DNA of 62,520 bases, counting the filler. It is 14 parts of 14 records of this genome, joined end to end, with 100 filler letters (N's around TTAATTAATTAA, not from the genome) between each part and the next. Parts side by side here need not be neighbours in the genome. Positions count along the whole stretch, not along the records: positions 1 to 4,097 come from SRR15195285_7085; positions 4,198 to 7,967 come from SRR15195285_7094; positions 8,068 to 11,178 come from SRR15195285_7098; positions 11,279 to 14,767 come from SRR15195285_7102; 10 more parts are not named here. The stretch is one strand, 5' to 3'. The notes beneath the pieces are model-generated. The model was not told where the DNA came from. It made no database searches and saw only the letters and a list, made by a program, of their open reading frames with translations. Position 1 is the stretch's first letter. Each line of letters opens with the position of its first letter. Below, piece after piece: positions 1 to 11,572 of this stretch. Position numbers and translations under genes: made by a program.

Positions 1-485
1 CCTCGAGGGGAGGGCCTACAGCGTTCTAGGTCGAACAGCAGGCGAGGATGAGAACTAATGAGCAGCCACCAGTTTTGCCCAGCTTTGGAGCGCCGAGTGG
101 GACGCTCGTGGCGAGCAGTTAAGCTAATTGAACGAGGCGTCTGGTGTTGGGCGTACTGATGCCACTTGAGCACTTCGCACTGTTTGAGATAAATACGCAG
201 CTGCGTGCGCAGGGTCTGCCGCTCCTTTCCGCGGAGTAGTTTGCACGGCGATGCCACAGTCTACTTTGATTGGCACCAGACCTCCAAGCTGTGCACAGCT
301 CCTAGCGCCGATGCCCCGCGCGGACTGAGGCATTCGGCGTCATCGGAGAAAATGTACTCAAATTTGGATTCGCGCAGCGGCAAATGTTCAATGATGCGCT
401 CAGTGTTGTAGGCAAGCCCAACGGACTGCGTGCGAGTGAATGGAACGCAATATGCAATGATTGTGACAACCGCAGTGGTGGGTGG

Positions 486-3400
486 CTACCAGCCCCCTGA
501 GCTCCCTCCGAAGTCTGAAGCACTGTCGGAACCCTCCTCTGAGATTTCGCCAAGGCGCGGCCCGCTGCGGGAGTCTTTCCTGATCTTTTCGAGCTGCGTG
601 CTCAGTCGGACCGTCGACTCTTTCGTCACACGAATTTGCTTCTGCAGGTCTCGCTGCAGCTCGGTGACCTTGCGCTGCAACGCAACGCCGTGTGTTGGGT
701 GTCAGGGAACTGATCTACCAGTCGGGGATGCGACCGAACTCACCTGGAGCTTGTCGATCCCCTCTTCCTCCTTCTTTTGGTTCTCAAGCTCGATGGCTCT
801 GCGCATTGGGAAAAAGTCGTTCACGTTCGCCTTCCATTGCTCGTATGCCTACGGCCGCACAAGGCCGCGTTAGTTCCCAAGCTAGTTCGACGCAACCCTG
901 TGCAACATACCTTTGCCTCGCCAGCCCCAAAGTTCGCGTCATCGTCAAGGTGGAGATGCATGAAGAACGCAAGGTAGGTCCACAGATTGTGATGTCGTTT
1001 CTGGTGGCGGTTGAAGTCCAGGCCGAGGTGCTCAAACTCATTGCGACTCTTGCCACAGATAAAACCTACGGCACACGCACCGCGAGCACGGAGAAACAAG
1101 CGCAAGTGAGGCAAGCAAGAAAACTTCTGTCCTAACGCAGGCGTCCGACACTGGACGGCAGGCATCGAGTGTAGAGGACACCGCAGTGGTGTAGCGCTCG
1201 GCTGGGCCGTGGCCTGGAGTCTCACATGAATTCGCGAGCTGATCTGATCTGTCGTCATCTTGCTCGCGCCTTGCGCCAAAGGAATCGATCACGATACCCG
1301 TGATGATAGCCACGAGCACGAGAATCACAAGCAAGTTATCTGCAAGCGCAAGGCAGTGAATCGCAGTCACCACGAGCTCAATTCAAATCATATGCACACC
1401 GCAACGCTGAGAACGGTGGCGCGTGTCGATTGCGGCCAGCAAGACAGCACCGACGCTAGCCACGAAGTGCTACGCACAGCTAAAATCGAAGATGAATGGG
1501 ATCGCGTTGAAGAGCACGTTTGCCCACGACTCTTCATGGCTGTGTTCGTAGGTGTCGTTGACCAGTGGTGCTCCGACAGCTTCGTAGCTCGGAGCCTCTC
1601 GGAAGCCGTAATCTAGATGGAACAGCAGGCACTCGTACAACCACTTGCAAGATCCAGCGCCTCCCTTGTTGGCGATCTGATATTCACCATTGAGGTACAG
1701 GAACCCCCACACTGTATAGAGATATACGACAATGTACCCCAGCCCGAGCGTTACTAACAGCTGGTTCGCCTTGTTGCTCACCACAGAAAGCACGGTTCGC
1801 AACACAGGCTCTCGCCGACAGACATCGAGCAAGTGCACCGCAATCGCAAATTTGTGCTCGGTCAGAGCTGCAAACCAGCTTGAAAAGGCGTATGCGACCA
1901 TGTACATTGACTGAAAGTCGATGAGTGGCCAGGTAATGTTGAAGTAGACCTGCCACACAAGAGGGTGAAGCTTGCGTTCCCTTAAGTATGGGATCAAAGC
2001 GTCGCCATCTACAAAATACTGGTCCTCAGCCTTTTCTCTCAGCGCCTTCATGGTGAGGAAGCTCGCGCGAATGAGCCAGTACTGGATAAGCAAGATGAAC
2101 GACATGACAGCGTGTAGGTAGCACAACGCGTCAATCGAAGAGTTCAGCCAGCCTTCTTCTCTCACGCTGCGACCCAGAGCGTGGTCGTAAGTAGTCTCCT
2201 TAATTAGCAGTCCGTTCGCGAGCATGGCAACCATCAAATTCATCCAACCCCAACGCTCTTCGTTCTTCAGCAGCCATGCTGCGCCTGGAAAGAATCCCAC
2301 CTCTTTAATCCGGTTGTTTTTGTGCTCGGCCTCGTCAATGAGGTCGAAGGATGTTTCGTTGAACGCGTTGAGTTGGTCCTCGAGGTTCTCTTGGTTGCAG
2401 AATGATTTGGCGTACTCGACCTTGATCTCACGCCCTAGTTCTCTGAAGCGCTCGTACAGCGGAGGAATGTGGAAGTAAATGCGCTCCAGTTCCGGGTCTT
2501 CGTCACTGTCGAGCACCTTGCGTTGGATTTCCACCCGCCCCATTGCATCTATGATCTCGCGGACAGTTGCGGGGTCCTTGATCCCGAGATTTGATCCGCG
2601 GTGCCGCTGGCGCTCGCGTTTCCCACCAGTTGCATGGGTGGCCAGGAACGAGGAGCTAAGCAGCTGGTTTCCATCGACGGACTTCATCCACTTGAGGCGC
2701 GCCCTTGCCTCTGCACCTCTGGAATGTTTTGCAGACGCGCAAGACTCGATGATGACAAAATACTTCATGCGCATTCGATCATAGTCGCAAGCGGGGTCGG
2801 CGTTCATCGAAAAGCCCAGTTCCTCCTCATGAATTTCCATGGCGTACTCTTCAGCACTGCTTTTGCAGAAGTCGTCGTCTTCCACAGCTTTTTCACAAAG
2901 TTCTTGAAAAACTTTCACACTGATCACGTCTTCCGCGCCGCGAACGCGCAAGCCGAAGTCATCGTCCATGTTGTCATCGTCGCCGTCCAAATCGTCGCCG
3001 TCGCCGCCTCCACCACCGCCCAGCAAGCCCCCAGCACCGACTGCCCCGATTGCGACTCCTGCTACGCCACCAACCACTCCAACCACGCTGTTTGCAGCTT
3101 TAGACAGTTCCTTCTCCAGCAAGCCTTTCAGATCTCCAGGTTCCGGCACACGCAGTCGCGTTGCTAACAGCGAGTGCATGCAATGCATCTGGAAGTTCTG
3201 CATCATATCCTCGGACCGGTAAGTGTTCGCCATGTAGGTCCAAGTGTCCTTCTTCTGGTGACCCTCGAGTTGCCGTTGGATGGTGTTCAGGATGCACAGC
3301 TCAAGCTTCTCAAATTCTCGCAGTAGCAAGGTGAACGACCTACGTGGGTTGTGACCGATGCCTTGTCGCCACTTCACATAGCTTGCATGCACTTCCTCTA

Positions 3401-4097
3401 TTTTTTTCCAATTGCTTTCTGTGGCATCGGTCGAGACTTTCGTCACGAGCTTCGTCTGCTCAAAATAAGACAAAGCCACCTGGGTGCAAGGATCGTCCAT
3501 CCAAACAGGGGGTGCGTGCAGATTTGAAGCATTTTTGCGGTACTGTGGGCGGGGGAATCTCTTCGATTCATCAGTGTTTAATAGGTGAAACCGGTTGCCG
3601 GCGTTTGTCTTCACGTGCTTATCCGCCCCATGGTAGCCGACCTTTGCAAGCAGTCGGCTCGGGAACAAGCGGCTGCCGAGGTACTTGAGTAGCTGGAAAG
3701 AGATGCGGCCCATCTCAGATGAGGTACGCAGTGTGCCGATCACACGTCGATTCGGGCCTTCCAGAAAGTCGGTGAGGGTGCGAAAGATCTGTTGCACACT
3801 GCGACAGAGCTCGTGCTGGGTGCGGATCATTTTGCCGTCGTAGTTGATCCACCTGATCAGCCGGCGGCGGCGATGATTCTCACGCCCGACAAACTTTTCG
3901 TTGTCATCCTTTTTGTCCGCACAGACCTCCCCTCGATAGTTGAAATTGTAGTTATCCGTGTAGTCGTACACTTGCTGGCTCATGAACAGCGTCTTGAATC
4001 CCTGCTTGCGATGCTCAAACAGTACGTTCAGCGTATCAGAGACGACCAGGACCACGTTCACAGACTCCTCAAACTCTGGCTGTTCCAAGAAGAAGTT
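486..4097 (-). CDS. IP3 receptor/ryanodine receptor-family Ca2+ release channel, C-terminal part (5' truncated)
   Basis: The spliced exons 4097-1478, 1339-1226, 1065-911, 848-744 and 674-486 join through GT-AG introns with consistent phase. The product has MGRVEI..LERIYFHIP, six TM segments, IITGIVIDSFGARRE, CFICG, HNLWTYLAF and FFP.RRA, all hallmarks of the ITPR/RyR C-terminus. Confidence 0.92.
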
Positions 4098-4197
4098 NNN
4101 NNNNNNNNNNNNNNNNNNNNNNNNNNNNNNNNNNNNNNNNNTTAATTAATTAANNNNNNNNNNNNNNNNNNNNNNNNNNNNNNNNNNNNNNNNNNNN
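4098..4197. other. Artificial contig spacer (N44-TTAATTAATTAA-N44), one of 13
   Basis: Identical 100-nt spacers occur at 4098, 7968, 11179, 14768, 23920, 28491, 32141, 38400, 41688, 45399, 48921, 52260 and 58601. The 12-mer puts stop codons in all six frames. Confidence 0.99.
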
Positions 4198-4581
4198 GTA
4201 CAGTGTACACACGTAATCCGGTGTGTACAGTAGGTATTACATAGTAGAGGAGGCGTTTGAAAACGGGGTAACCACTTCGGCCCTGCAGAACGCGACGTGA
4301 TGGAGGTGGCAGGGAACGCCCTGCACAACGGAGGCCACCGTCGGCGGCGAGGCTGAGGGCGAGGGGGACGGGGAGAGGGGTGGGATTGGGGTGCTGCTGC
4401 TTCGCCGCCCCCCGGGGCCGGGGCGCCGGCTGCACGGCGCATCTGCAGTGACGGGATGTGAGGGTGCGGCCTGTGTCGGGGTACCGTAGACAACGGGTGA
4501 GGGTGAAGGCGCTGAGGGAAGGGACGGACTTTGGGGTGCTTCATCGGACATCGCCCCGGGGCGCTTGCTGCTGGCTGGCGG

Positions 4582-7407
4582 ATGGACGCGGCGGCGGCCT
4601 CGCTGGCGATGGACGGCCTGCACCAGCTGGGCATGGTGCAGCCTGCTGCTGGAGTGAGCGGGGCGCCGCTGGAGGAACAGCAGCAGGCTACTGGCGAAAG
4701 CAAGGGTGGGGTGGCGCTGGTGAGAAGACGAAGCTTTCTGCCGCTCTGCGGCTCTGTGTTCTCTGTACTGCTGAAACTGGCAGGCCTGAGAAGCTGCTTT
4801 CTGCCTTGCGCCTGCTGCCTGCTGCCTGCTGCCCTCTGTTCTCCGCCTTCCGCCTTCCGCCGTCCGCCCTCTTCACTGATGGCGGGATCTCTGTCTGCCG
4901 TCTGCCGCTGCAGGTACAGCAGGCTGCTGGCAAGAGCGTTGGCGAGGGCGGCGGGTCACTGAGCGAAGGGACGGAGGCAGCGAGGCTGGCGAAGGAGTGG
5001 TATGATGCGCGCGGGCCGCTGGCGGGGGATCTGGTGCTCGGGGAGGTGACCGCAGCGCACAAGAACTACACGGATGGCTGGGATGCGGAGTGGTCGCTGC
5101 GCTACACGGTCGATGCGGCCGCGGGCAGCGTGCTGCCGCGGGATGCGGTGGAGCCGCTACTCCAGGAGAAGTACTTCGTGCGCTTCTTCTACGAGTACGA
5201 CGAGGGCAAGTGGACCTGCTACGGGCTCGACGAGCACAAGGCCTCAGCCAATGCGGACTCCGGCGTTGACCTGGACGTCAAGCTGTGGGCCAAGCTCGTG
5301 CTGCGGTGCGCGAAGGCGCTGAGGCGTGCATCGAGCAACCTGCCAGCCTACGTCGCTGAGACGAGCATCCAGTTGCAGCTTGGTGCGCTTGGAGCGGAAG
5401 AAATGCGGAAGATCCTGAGACTGAGCAGCAAGGAGGGCGACCTGGACGAGCAGGAGAAGCAGTACGTGATCGACACCCTGGAGGTGGCGATGCGGTGTCC
5501 AAGTGCGTGTGCCGTGTGCGACACAGTCCTGATTGCTCTCGCGGACCTCGCTGACCCTGTCTACTGTGCTTCTCCTGCTCGCTGCCTGCAGCGCTCGAGG
5601 GCAAGAACGCGGCGAGAGCTGCTTTGAACGCGGTGAAGTGGGTCGCTGGAGGTGGTCAGGTCGCTGGAGGACGGCCCAACGGCGCAGCGCCGGGTGCGGA
5701 CCCGCCACTGTCCTACAAGCGACGGCCCAACAACAAGCGCGCAGTGGATGCAGATGGCAACGCGTCGCCTGGAAAGCGCCGACGGCCCAGCGGCGAGATG
5801 CGCCGAGTGTTCCGTGACGACGGTACGTTTTCTCTGCGCAGCATACCTTGCTGGTCCACGACTTTAGATGGCCACACGAGGAGACCCAACAGACGAATCT
5901 GCCTCATCCCCGTGTGCTTTTGCTGCCTCTGCGTCTGTGTCCACTCCTGATCCGGAGACTTGACTTTCCGCGGTGAATTGCTTTCTGTGATATCGCAGGT
6001 GTGGAGTCGACCATGCTGCGGCGCGAGCCCTGTGACAGTAGCGATGATTCAGTCTGGCTCGACAACGAGGCTACCGTTTCAAATGGCGACCTAGTCCAGT
6101 TGATAGGGAGGCCAGCTACGGCGCAAGTCGAGCCACAAACTGAGCCCGATGGCAAGAACGATGGCAGCGGCGAAAGCGGCGCTGGGTTAGTTCTGATCCG
6201 CACAGATAGGGGCGACGAGGGCTATGTACGGTCGGCATATCTGCTACCGCTCGAGTCTCGGCTCAAGCGTGGGGCTGCTGCGTCGAAAGTGAACTACAAC
6301 GAAAAGGTGCTGGTCGAGACCAGGAAGGATACCTGGGCTGAGCAGGTACGTAAAAAGAGGGGGTCGAACGTCCCTCTGTTCGAGGTCGAGGCAATTGTGG
6401 GCAAACGAATGAACAGCCATCCGATTGGCGGCCGAAGGAAGGGTATGGAGTACCTCGTGCGCTGGAAGGGATACAGTGCGGCGGATGACACGTGGGAACC
6501 AGTGCACTCGTTGACGGCTGTCCTGGGCAAGGTGCGAACGTTCGAGAAGAAGCGGGAGGAAGAAGAGAAGCAGAGACTGGAGGACGCGAAGGCGCAAGCG
6601 CAACGGGAGCGACGCGAAGCACGAAAGCAACGCGGGGCAGTAAGCGAAAGCGACACTGAAAGTCATAACGATAGCGGAAGTGGAAATGGAACCGAAAGTG
6701 GAGGCGAAAGTGAAAGCGGAACGGACAGCGGTGGACCGGAGGAACGGACTGTTAAGGCAGCACGAGCCTGCACACGTTGCGGCAAGCCCGGCCACAACAG
6801 CCGTACCTGTTCAGTGGGGTTGCGTCCACAACAACCATCTGGGCCGCCGCCCGTTGCTGAAGCCGACACCCGGCAGCGCGGGGTCGTTATGCGAGCCGTG
6901 ATTGGACCGGAGAAAGATCGGCTAGTGGCTGAGGCGCAGAAGGTGAGAGCTGCAGCTGCCACTATGGACACACTCTCCCCCGAGGGTGAAGAGGAGGCAG
7001 CCAGTGCAATTGCGGAGCACGCTGAGCGTGCTCAACAGAACCCACTGCTGGAAATACTATGGGTGGCTGCGGGGACTGTTACACAAATACAGGACCCCCC
7101 CTTAGGCCAATACGATGAGGGCAGTGACAAACAGTTGGTCGGTCGGCTAGAGGTGTGTTTACAAAAGATTTTCGGGTACCAGTTTGACAGCCTTTCAAAA
7201 GTGATCTTTTGATGCGACAGGATGTTCCAAGATGGCGTGCCACTTCAGACGGAGCCCGAATCAATTCAGCAAGCAATCCTTCTTCTGGTGGTGCGACGCT
7301 TCACATCGTGCAACCATCATTCGTGCCCTGATTTGGACATCATGCTCTTGTGTCTCAGGGAGGTCGATGACACGTATGATTGCGTCACAACAGAGGATAC
7401 CTTCTGA
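4582..7407 (+). CDS. Multidomain protein: unknown N-terminal domain, SH3-like domain, chromodomain and CCHC zinc knuckle
   Basis: Exons 4582-4719, 4914-5502, 5592-5822, 5999-7175 and 7221-7407 join in frame (about 773 aa; the last exon is less certain). Motifs: chromo FEVEAIVGKR..EYLVRWKGYSAADDTWEP, knuckle CTRCGKPGHNSRTC, SH3-like VSNGDLVQLI..IRTDRGDEGYVRSAYL. Confidence 0.75.
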
Positions 7408-7539
7408 GTATCGTGATATGAGCTGCAAAGCTTGCAGGCAGATGGACAGCGGGTCTCCGCGTGTTCAGCACACATGTCTGCGATCGGGGGCCGCAGATCC
7501 CTCCATCCCTCGTAGCAACGGACACAACGCATACATCAG

Positions 7540-7967
7540 ATGCAGCGTCTGCGGCCAAGGTATACGCCCACTCCTGGCCGATTCTCCGTCCTCTGTTGCT
7601 GCATCAATTGCTAGCGATCTATCTATTATGAGCGCACTTCTCTCATCTGCTGGGTGATCCGGCTGATGCACGTACGTTCTTCGAGCAGGCCCTAGTCGCC
7701 ATCACCCGCCAACTTGCCCAGGCACGTTTCTCGGTGGCAGAGACGGCAAGGACACAGATGGCACAAAACAACCGCGGCGCTCGATCTCTTTGAAATGCAG
7801 CGTCTGTGGCCAAGGTATACATCTCTCCTGATAGATTTTGTAGCCCCTGCTGTTTTGTTGTAGCTGCCAAGCTGGCTCCCTACTGTGAGCACACTTCTCT
7901 CACTTGCTGGACGGTCCGACTGATGCACGTCCCTCGAGCAGGCCCTAGTCGCTGGCACCCGCCAACC
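7540..7967. repeat. Imperfect direct repeat, period about 255-257 bp, running into the contig end
   Basis: ATGCAGCGTCTG(C/T)GGCCAAGGTATAC occurs at 7540 and 7795. The block TGAGC.CACTTCTCTCA..CTGATGCACGT..TCGAGCAGGCCCTAGTCGC...CACCCGCCAAC occurs at 7629 and 7886. Confidence 0.85.
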
Positions 7968-8358
7968 NNNNNNNNNNNNNNNNNNNNNNNNNNNNNNNNN
8001 NNNNNNNNNNNTTAATTAATTAANNNNNNNNNNNNNNNNNNNNNNNNNNNNNNNNNNNNNNNNNNNNACTAGGGACCTATATTGATTGCTTCACACGGAG
8101 AGAAGGGAAAAAGGTCTCCCACCCTCCACACCCTTAGTTTATTCTGACGAACTTTACAATCTTATAATCCTTCCCCGAACCAACACGACTGACCTGCCGT
8201 CGCAATCCAGTGATCCGCTCCACTCCAGACCGCGCGACCGCACCATGCATGATGCATCGCACCGTCAAGGACCTCGCGTGCCAGCCACGAGCCACCCACG
8301 TTACGTGTGCTTGTGCATGCAAATAATTCATAGGATACATCCATGATCCTAATGTACT

Positions 8359-8376
8359 GTACTAGGATCCTAGTAC
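8359..8376. promoter_or_regulatory. 18-bp perfect palindrome GTACTAGGATCCTAGTAC, candidate promoter element
   Basis: It lies about 210 bp upstream of the ATG at 8584. The TAGGATCCTA core recurs at 18565 and 21697. Confidence 0.5.
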
Positions 8377-8583
8377 TGTACTGTACTGTAGACGAGTACC
8401 GTACTATATATTATAGTATGTCGAAACTCGATAAACCAGCCGCTCCATCCAGGCGTAATCTCTACCAGGATCCTCGCTCCACCGCGGCCGCGCTCACCAC
8501 GCACCAGCACCACCGACACCACGGCGGCGCCGACCCCACGCACAACACCTACGACTGCACTGCAATACCTACGCCTATACTCG

Positions 8584-10007
8584 ATGATGATGAAGATTGT
8601 GACTATGGCGCTCGTGGTGGTGACCGTCGACGCGCAGGCCGGTACGTACGGTGTCCCGTCCCTCGGTTTCAATCCCCGTGGGCGTTCGGCTACATTTTTG
8701 CCGTGGGCGAGGTCGCTTCGCTGGGGTTTGCCTGACATCACTCTGTCTTCCGCTGCTCAGGTGGACGCGGCGGCAATACTGGCGGGCGTGGTGGCATGCA
8801 GCCGTGTGCCTACGCCGACGCGGCGAGCTTGGCAGCCGCTCTCACCGATGCAGGCTGCGACGTCACCGGCACCGACTGTTCCGCCCGGTGCGCAGAGGCA
8901 ATGCTCCCACTCGAACGCGAGTGCCGGAGTTTGATGGGGCCATACCAAGCACTCGGGCGAACGTGCATCAACACCGAGCGCGGGCAGTCGGCTGACCGCT
9001 TTGACGACCCCAACACCGAGACTGGTCGGGAGTGTCATGACGGCATCGACAACGACAACGACGGCAGCGCCGACTGCGACGACCCCGACTGTGCCAGCAA
9101 CATGCGGGCATGCGGGCGTCCGGGCGGTTCGCAGGCGAGTTGCGATACGACCGCTCTGTATGGAACCTTGATGGAATGCTCGACGTGGAGTGCCACTGCT
9201 CTCGCCGACGGCGTGATTGATGAGTCTGATGGTTTCTGCACCTCCAGCTGCTACACCCAACTGAGTCCGATCCAAGCATCGTGCGCATCCCGCATGACGA
9301 GGGCCATGTCAACCGCGTTTGAGCCGCTCGTCCCGATGCTCGGCGAGTGTGCTTCCTCCCTCGCTGCCAGGGGCTCTACTGGCTGCATGATGCAGCGCGT
9401 CCAGGGCGCGTGCGGCGACCCGACAGCGGCAGCCACCACCTGCACGGCCCGATGCACCAGGATCCTCGACACTGAGAGTCATGCATGCGCAGCTGACCCT
9501 GGCTTCGCAGCATACGCCCCTGTGATTGCGGCTTGCGCGCAGTCAGTAGAGGAGCAAAGATGTGATGCGACGGCAACCAACTTCCTCACCAATGTCGACT
9601 CTTCCTGCTGCCGTGACGAGGACTGCACCGATCTCCCGAAGGCTTGCACTGAGGAGTGCGCCAACACTTACATGCCTTTCTTTTCCCGGTGTGGGCGCCA
9701 CACGTTCGGAGCTGACGAGACCAACCTCCAGAAGTTCGAGGCGTTCGAGCGGCTGTGTGCCGCCACGCTCGGCCGCACCGTCGACACTACTCAGCCTGGC
9801 GCCCAGCTGCGTGGGCCGGATCGCCGTGACCCGTGCAGCCAGACTGCTGACTGCGGCTCGTGCTCTGGTGATTGTGGATGGTGCAAGGACGAGGTGACGA
9901 ACCCTCGCACTCTCCTGCGCTCGGGCGGCGGGTGGTGCTCTGGTGCGTGCACGACTACTGATGGAGAGTGCGCTGCTGTGGACCCAACTGCCGGAGGTGG
10001 GCACTGA
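8584..10007 (+). CDS. Secreted cysteine-rich protein (434 aa) ending in GGGH
   Basis: Signal peptide MMMKIVTMALVVVTVDA; phase-1 intron 8642-8760; repeated Cys-rich modules; acidic motif ECHDGIDNDNDGSADCDDPDC; PSI-like CSQTADCGSCSGDCGWC. Confidence 0.85.
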
Positions 10008-10181
10008 ACACTTTCAGATCCTTTGCCATGGATACATCGAGTGGTCTACCCATGGCTTGACCGAACCTTCGGCAGGTTGAGCCGAATGGAAACCAAGAAT
10101 GTGTGTTCAAGCGCTCTGTAGACACACGGTCTTTCATGTCTACTACGCACACGTCTCTACTGGACGATAGCACACAGCAGC

Positions 10182-10961
10182 TCAGATCCCTGCCCGTTCC
10201 TGATGTGCAGCAAAACATTGTCAGGCACAGCTGTGGCAGCGTTTGGCTAGCGTTTGACCACTCACCAGCTCTGGTGTTGGATCAGCATCTCGCCTCCGCG
10301 CCTGCGTAGTTGCACTGCCACCCATGGCGGAGGGTGGGTACGGCGTCTCGTATGCGCTAATCCCCGAGAGATCCGCGGTGCTCGACTGTACACGCAGTGG
10401 CGTCGATTCCACCTCGACAGATTCTCGCCCCGGCAATCCCGCCAGTGGCTTGACAGAACCTGCTTCGTTGAGTGTGCCATGCTCTACGCGAGCCGATATG
10501 TCGCTCATGGTGACCTCGCTCAGGCTGCCAGCACTCGTGCCGCGCGTGATCGCACTCATTTCTGTCAGCGACGATTCGTCGTCCGGGACTCGTCCGATCG
10601 CTATCGCGTCGGCCCGCTTCTGGGCACCGGGTAGTCCCTGCTTGAGGCTGTCGCGCCGCGCTGCTGCAGGCTCTGATCCAAAGAAGCAGCTGCACAGAAG
10701 CAGGCCCAGCAGCACCGCGGTGATGAGCAGCCCCACCTCAAGCGGCAGGCCGCCGGGATCGGTCAAGCCATCTTGGACCAGATGCTGCGAGACCGACCCG
10801 TCCTCAGAGGACCAGGACGCCGCCGCTGCCGCCTCCTGCTCCGACAGCTCCCGCCGTCGTCCCGCAATGCTCGGTCCCACCACTGTCTGAGGCAGCATCA
10901 CCATCACCATCACCAGCAGCAGCAGCAGCAGCGGGGAGCGATGATGAACCATGGCGCCCAT
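10182..10961 (-). CDS. Type I single-pass membrane protein, unknown function
   Basis: Hydrophobic signal LLLLLLVMVMVML, an RRRELSE site, a TM segment VGLLITAVLLGLLLCSCFF and a Ser-rich tail. A probable final intron (GTGAGT donor near 10265) gives the ending ERAGI-stop. Confidence 0.65.
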
Positions 10962-11572
10962 TGCTGGCGGCACGACCGGTGGCTGCTGCTGTCTCGTTCA
11001 TTCCTGCGCCCTGAGACGTGAGTGAAGTCGCCGCACTGAGACTGACGTCTTCAGAATGGTACCATTTTCCGATACAGTACAGACTGCACAAGAATTGAAG
11101 CTGCGCCTCCAGACTCGCTAAATTTTCGTAGTAGTATTGATACCGCGACTAGCAGGCATAATTTTTAAGAGTCGCCTTNNNNNNNNNNNNNNNNNNNNNN
11201 NNNNNNNNNNNNNNNNNNNNNNTTAATTAATTAANNNNNNNNNNNNNNNNNNNNNNNNNNNNNNNNNNNNNNNNNNNNAAGGGCCTTGGGTCTGATCGAC
11301 GCACCCGCCGGCGCACCACGACAGTGCACGCGAACGGCACAGAGCGAGACAGGGTTGATCCGTGAGCGCACACTGTTAGCTAAGCTCTCTGCCGGTCCAT
11401 ACAGCTGCAGCCACTAGCGCCTCATCCACACTGCAGGCAATCGAATCCACCAGTCACTCTACAACGACAGAGGAGGTTTTGTCTGCCCCATCACCCATTG
11501 TGTCTCATGCAGTGTGGTTTGACGCCGCAGAGTGAGTACGGGACGGGTTAACTGGGGCGTGGAGTGATCGAT

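Noticed and set aside
4142-4153. TTAATTAATTAA repeated 13 times, which could be read as a biological repeat or piggyBac TTAA sites
   Set aside because: It is always centred in exactly 44+44 Ns, so it is a concatenation linker. ORFs containing X or ending LIN are artefacts.
6001-7212. Intact chromovirus or other retrotransposon
   Set aside because: No protease, RT, RNase H, integrase or LTR pair is visible, and the gene has spliceosomal introns.
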